Part shown: positions 61,054 through 64,000 of the stretch, piece by piece
Layout of the letters: each line of letters begins with the position of its first letter
Numbering within the stretch: the first letter of the stretch is position 1
Made by a program: the position numbers and the translations under genes
The notes under the pieces: model-generated
What the model was told of the DNA's origin: nothing
The model's input: the letters and a program-made list of their open reading frames with translations, nothing else
The model's database searches: none
Source: Candidatus Thorarchaeota archaeon
GTDB taxonomy: Archaea > Asgardarchaeota > Thorarchaeia > Thorarchaeales > Thorarchaeaceae
Assembly (NCBI GenBank): GCA_963726195.1
Contig: CAVSBO010000018.1
Coordinates: 55,894-119,893 of the forward strand
Direction: 5' to 3'
DNA: 64,000 bases

Positions 61054-62053
61054 TCAAGTCGCAAGTCTCTTTCTTAGAGCGATCTCGTGGAGAATCTCAG
61101 TGACAGCAGCCCTCCAGTCGCCCGAAAATGGAGGTCCAATAACGATTTCAGTGGCACCTGTCTTGACCATGGCCTCGAATTGATCGGCCATGTGCACACT
61201 GTTGCCCGTCACCGAGAATATGTCCATGATTTCTTCTGTCACATGCGCCGCACCCTGAGAAGGTCCACCATTCCTGACGGATTTGCGAATCAGCTCGACC
61301 TGCTGCATATCTACATCTGTGAGATTGATTATTTGGTCCGGAGTGTCAGCCACAACAAGTGCAATCACTCTCTTTGCAGTCGCAACGTCTAGTCCCTTGA
61401 ATGTCGGGATGGTCGGAACCCAAACGACCTTCTCAATCGAGTTGGAATCTCTCCCACTCTTCTCTGCCTCATTATTGATGATATCAATCGCATACCTGAG
61501 GTAGCCAATGGGTCCTGAAAGAATGACACCATCAGCTATCTGCCCTGCCAATCTTAACATCTGCGGACCGCGGACTCCCATGAAGACTGGCAGAGAATAA
61601 GGCCGCTTCAGTGCAAGGCTGTAGCCGCTCAGCTTGAATCAGCTCGCACTCTGCAGTCACTGTCTCTCCTGCCCATAGTTTCCTGAGAGTCTCGATGGCC
61701 TCATGCAGGGCCGTTACAGGCTTGTCAAGTTTGATTCCAAGGTTGCGCACATCTTGCATGCCACCGAAGCCTATGCCGAGAACAAACTGGCCTTCGCCAA
61801 GCTCGCTAAGCGTTCTTCCGGCTCTTGCGAGAACAGTGATGTCATGGATTGTGACTGGAATGATGGCGGTGCCAACTCTGACTCCTCTCGCGCGAAGCAT
61901 CATCGCTGTTATCAATGCGAATATGTCGTGTCCACGTCCAATGTCTTCCCCTACCCAAATGCCATCGACGCCGAGTGATTTCGCGTTTTCAGCAATCCAT
62001 GTGCATGCTGAGAGGCTCATGTTCGTTGTGATACCCAGACTTGTTCGATACAT
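61054..62053 (-). CDS. LLM-class flavin/F420-dependent oxidoreductase (Mer-like); apparent frameshift at ~61638
   Basis: GIWVGED, GVRVGTAI, FVLGIG.G, GVRGPQMLRLAGQIADG. Confidence 0.88.
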
Positions 62054-62238
62054 TCTGCTGTCACCGGTAGGGAGACGCGAAGCAACTGTGCTTGTGATTA
62101 AGAAAGCAACATAATGAACTCTGCCATAACGCCTCTGTCAATGTCCTGTTCTGAAAAGCGCTCATGAGATGCGCGATGACCAACCGGTGCACAACTAGGT
62201 ATTTGGGTGGGTGTGCAGCATGTTTTTGGGAGACAGAA

Positions 62239-62790
62239 TTGGTCAGAATAGCTTGGGGAATCACGGGTTCTGGTGACAAGATACGTGAGGCTCTTGAAGC
62301 CATGATAGGGCTTCAGAAAGATTTCGGAACAAGAGTAGACGTATTTGTTTCAAAAGCCGGGAGAGAAGTGCTTCATTGGTACAAGCTTTGGGACTTGCTG
62401 AATGAGTCATTTCCAAAGGTCAAGGTGGAAGTCGATGCTAACACGCCGTTCATTGCGGGACCGCTTCAGGTGGGAAAATACGATGTGCTCGTTGTGGCGC
62501 CGCTTACTGCTAATTCGGCTGCCAAGATTGCTTGTGGGGTCGCGGACACACTGATTACTAACGCTGTCGCTCAGACCCTCAAGGGAAACACACCCGTCAT
62601 TCTGTTCCCGGTTGACCAGAGCCCCGGTGAAACCGAGACCATATCACCAGAAGGAATGACTGTCAAGATAAGAACTCGCAGAGTCGATTTTGAGAATGCA
62701 GAACGTCTGCGCAGCATGGAAGGCGTTACGGTCGTAGAATCGGCAGCCGAGCTGGTGAATCAAGTCAAGGCCAAAGTGATAGCTTCTTGA
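62239..62790 (+). CDS. Archaeal flavoprotein (AfpA/HFCD family)
   Basis: IAWGITGSG, SKAG.EVL.WY, APLTANSAAKIA.GVADTL.TNAV. Confidence 0.88.
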   Translation: MVRIAWGITGSGDKIREALEAMIGLQKDFGTRVDVFVSKAGREVLHWYKLWDLLNESFPKVKVEVDANTPFIAGPLQVGKYDVLVVAPLTANSAAKIACGVADTLITNAVAQTLKGNTPVILFPVDQSPGETETISPEGMTVKIRTRRVDFENAERLRSMEGVTVVESAAELVNQVKAKVIAS

Positions 62791-62870
62791 AGTCCTCTCT
62801 CGCACGGATATACCATTATGATTTGGTGCCCCTAATAAGGCGCAGACTTGAGGACATCGATAGGATGTGA

Positions 62871-63071
62871 TTGCATACGCAGATGGCGAGTGGTACTCAC
62901 GAGATTCTCTCTCTGCTGTTTGTCTTCCTTTCAGAGAGCTATGAGAACCAATACCACTCATGCGACATATGCGGCTCGTCGTCACCCAAACTGAGAAAGT
63001 CTTTCTTGATTCACGGAAGATGGGTCTGCATCGATTGTGTGATTGGTCGTATGGAAGGCTGCCGGCCTTAA
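62871..63071 (+). CDS. Possible small zinc-finger protein
   Basis: CDIC...CIDC; start uncertain. Confidence 0.4.
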   Translation: MHTQMASGTHEILSLLFVFLSESYENQYHSCDICGSSSPKLRKSFLIHGRWVCIDCVIGRMEGCRP

Positions 63072-63194
63072 GGCGATCTTTGCCGGCAGACTGGCCGTTG
63101 AATTGATATAGTTCTTCGCTGTCTACTTGGCGAGTCGCTCATGCTGTCGTGACACTGAGCAACAGGAGAATGTACAGCTAAACGAGTGGTTCTC

Positions 63195-63968
63195 ATGAAG
63201 TTCAGAATACAGCCTCATCTTCGAGTCGGCGAAGGTGACGTAGAGAAAGTAGTAATCATAACCGGTAATCCTGACCGTGTTCCTCTGATTGCATCACAGA
63301 TGAAGAAGGGAGAGGAAGTTGCGCGGAATCGTGGTCTCGTGACCTATCGTGCCTACACTCCGGGTGGTGTCGCGGTCACAATATCTGGCACTGGCATGGG
63401 CACGCCTTCGACACACATATGCTTGGAAGAGCTTGCGAAGCTAGGTGCGCAGAGTATCATAAGGATAGGGACATGTGGTGGAATCGACCTGTCCGTAAAG
63501 ACCGGGGACGTAGTTGTTCCTATTGGCTCGATTCGTGATGAGAGGACTAGCATGAACTATGCACCGATTCAGTACCCCGCGGTGGCATCAGCCGATCTTC
63601 ACAGGGCACTGCTTGACGAGATGTCGGCTCTGTTTCCGCCTGATAGAGTTCACTCCGGTGTCTGCTGGACAACTGATGTATACTATGCGACTCCTGAGAA
63701 CAACCAGCTCGATTTGTGGACACGATGCAATGTGAAATGCGTTGAGATGGAGAGCTCTCTGTTGTTTGTTTTTGCTCAGACACGCGGGCTCCGAGCTGCT
63801 TCGATTCTCGCTGTAGATGGTAATCTACATGGGGACCAAAAGCAGGAGCAACGCGACAATACGCAAAAAACCGGCGAGCAGAGTCCTCTCCTCATAGATG
63901 CTATCGAGAAGGAAACACGGGCGACAATTCGGGCCATAGACCGTATATTCAAGGGACGAACAACGTAG
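63195..63968 (+). CDS. Nucleoside (uridine/purine) phosphorylase
   Basis: GNPDR, GMGTPS, RIGTCG, VEMES. Confidence 0.92.
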   Translation: MKFRIQPHLRVGEGDVEKVVIITGNPDRVPLIASQMKKGEEVARNRGLVTYRAYTPGGVAVTISGTGMGTPSTHICLEELAKLGAQSIIRIGTCGGIDLSVKTGDVVVPIGSIRDERTSMNYAPIQYPAVASADLHRALLDEMSALFPPDRVHSGVCWTTDVYYATPENNQLDLWTRCNVKCVEMESSLLFVFAQTRGLRAASILAVDGNLHGDQKQEQRDNTQKTGEQSPLLIDAIEKETRATIRAIDRIFKGRTT

Positions 63969-64000
63969 CATCTGTCTAGACTCAAGCATATTGCCAACTT

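Overview
This is a 64-kb archaeal chromosomal segment. The divergent archaeal 16S and the gene content suggest an anaerobic Asgard archaeon, probably Ca. Thorarchaeia (inference, not a database result). It holds about 60 mostly housekeeping or metabolic genes (acs, acuC/HDAC, polX, pyrH, valS, M1 aminopeptidase, MttB-family methyltransferase plus corrinoid protein, transketolase, SOR, serS, nth, nucleoside phosphorylase), tRNA-Leu(CAA) with an intron, tRNA-Ala(CGC) and a stand-alone 16S rRNA. Five observations stand out. (1) At 57.6-58.1 kb a locus missed by the ORF track encodes three tandem peptides with Shine-Dalgarno (SD) sites that end in D-P-x-P-[W/F] (MSNPNPISPDPTPW, MSNPNPISPDPCPW, ...PPCEDPSPF). 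They lie upstream of an 85-aa protein and an MFS transporter and are divergent from two large duplicated Lrp/AsnC-like regulators, making a candidate peptide signalling system. (2) The 16S rRNA carries two bulge-helix-bulge (BHB) mini-introns, one at about E. coli position 908 and one at about 1531, directly before the anti-SD. (3) An integrase-free array of minus-strand cargo cassettes, including vapBC, is separated by repeated copies of the 16S 3' end and trailer. (4) A three-microprotein operon lies at 17.6-17.9 kb. (5) Most apparent frameshifts sit next to AGCT, which suggests methylation-linked long-read errors rather than pseudogenes.
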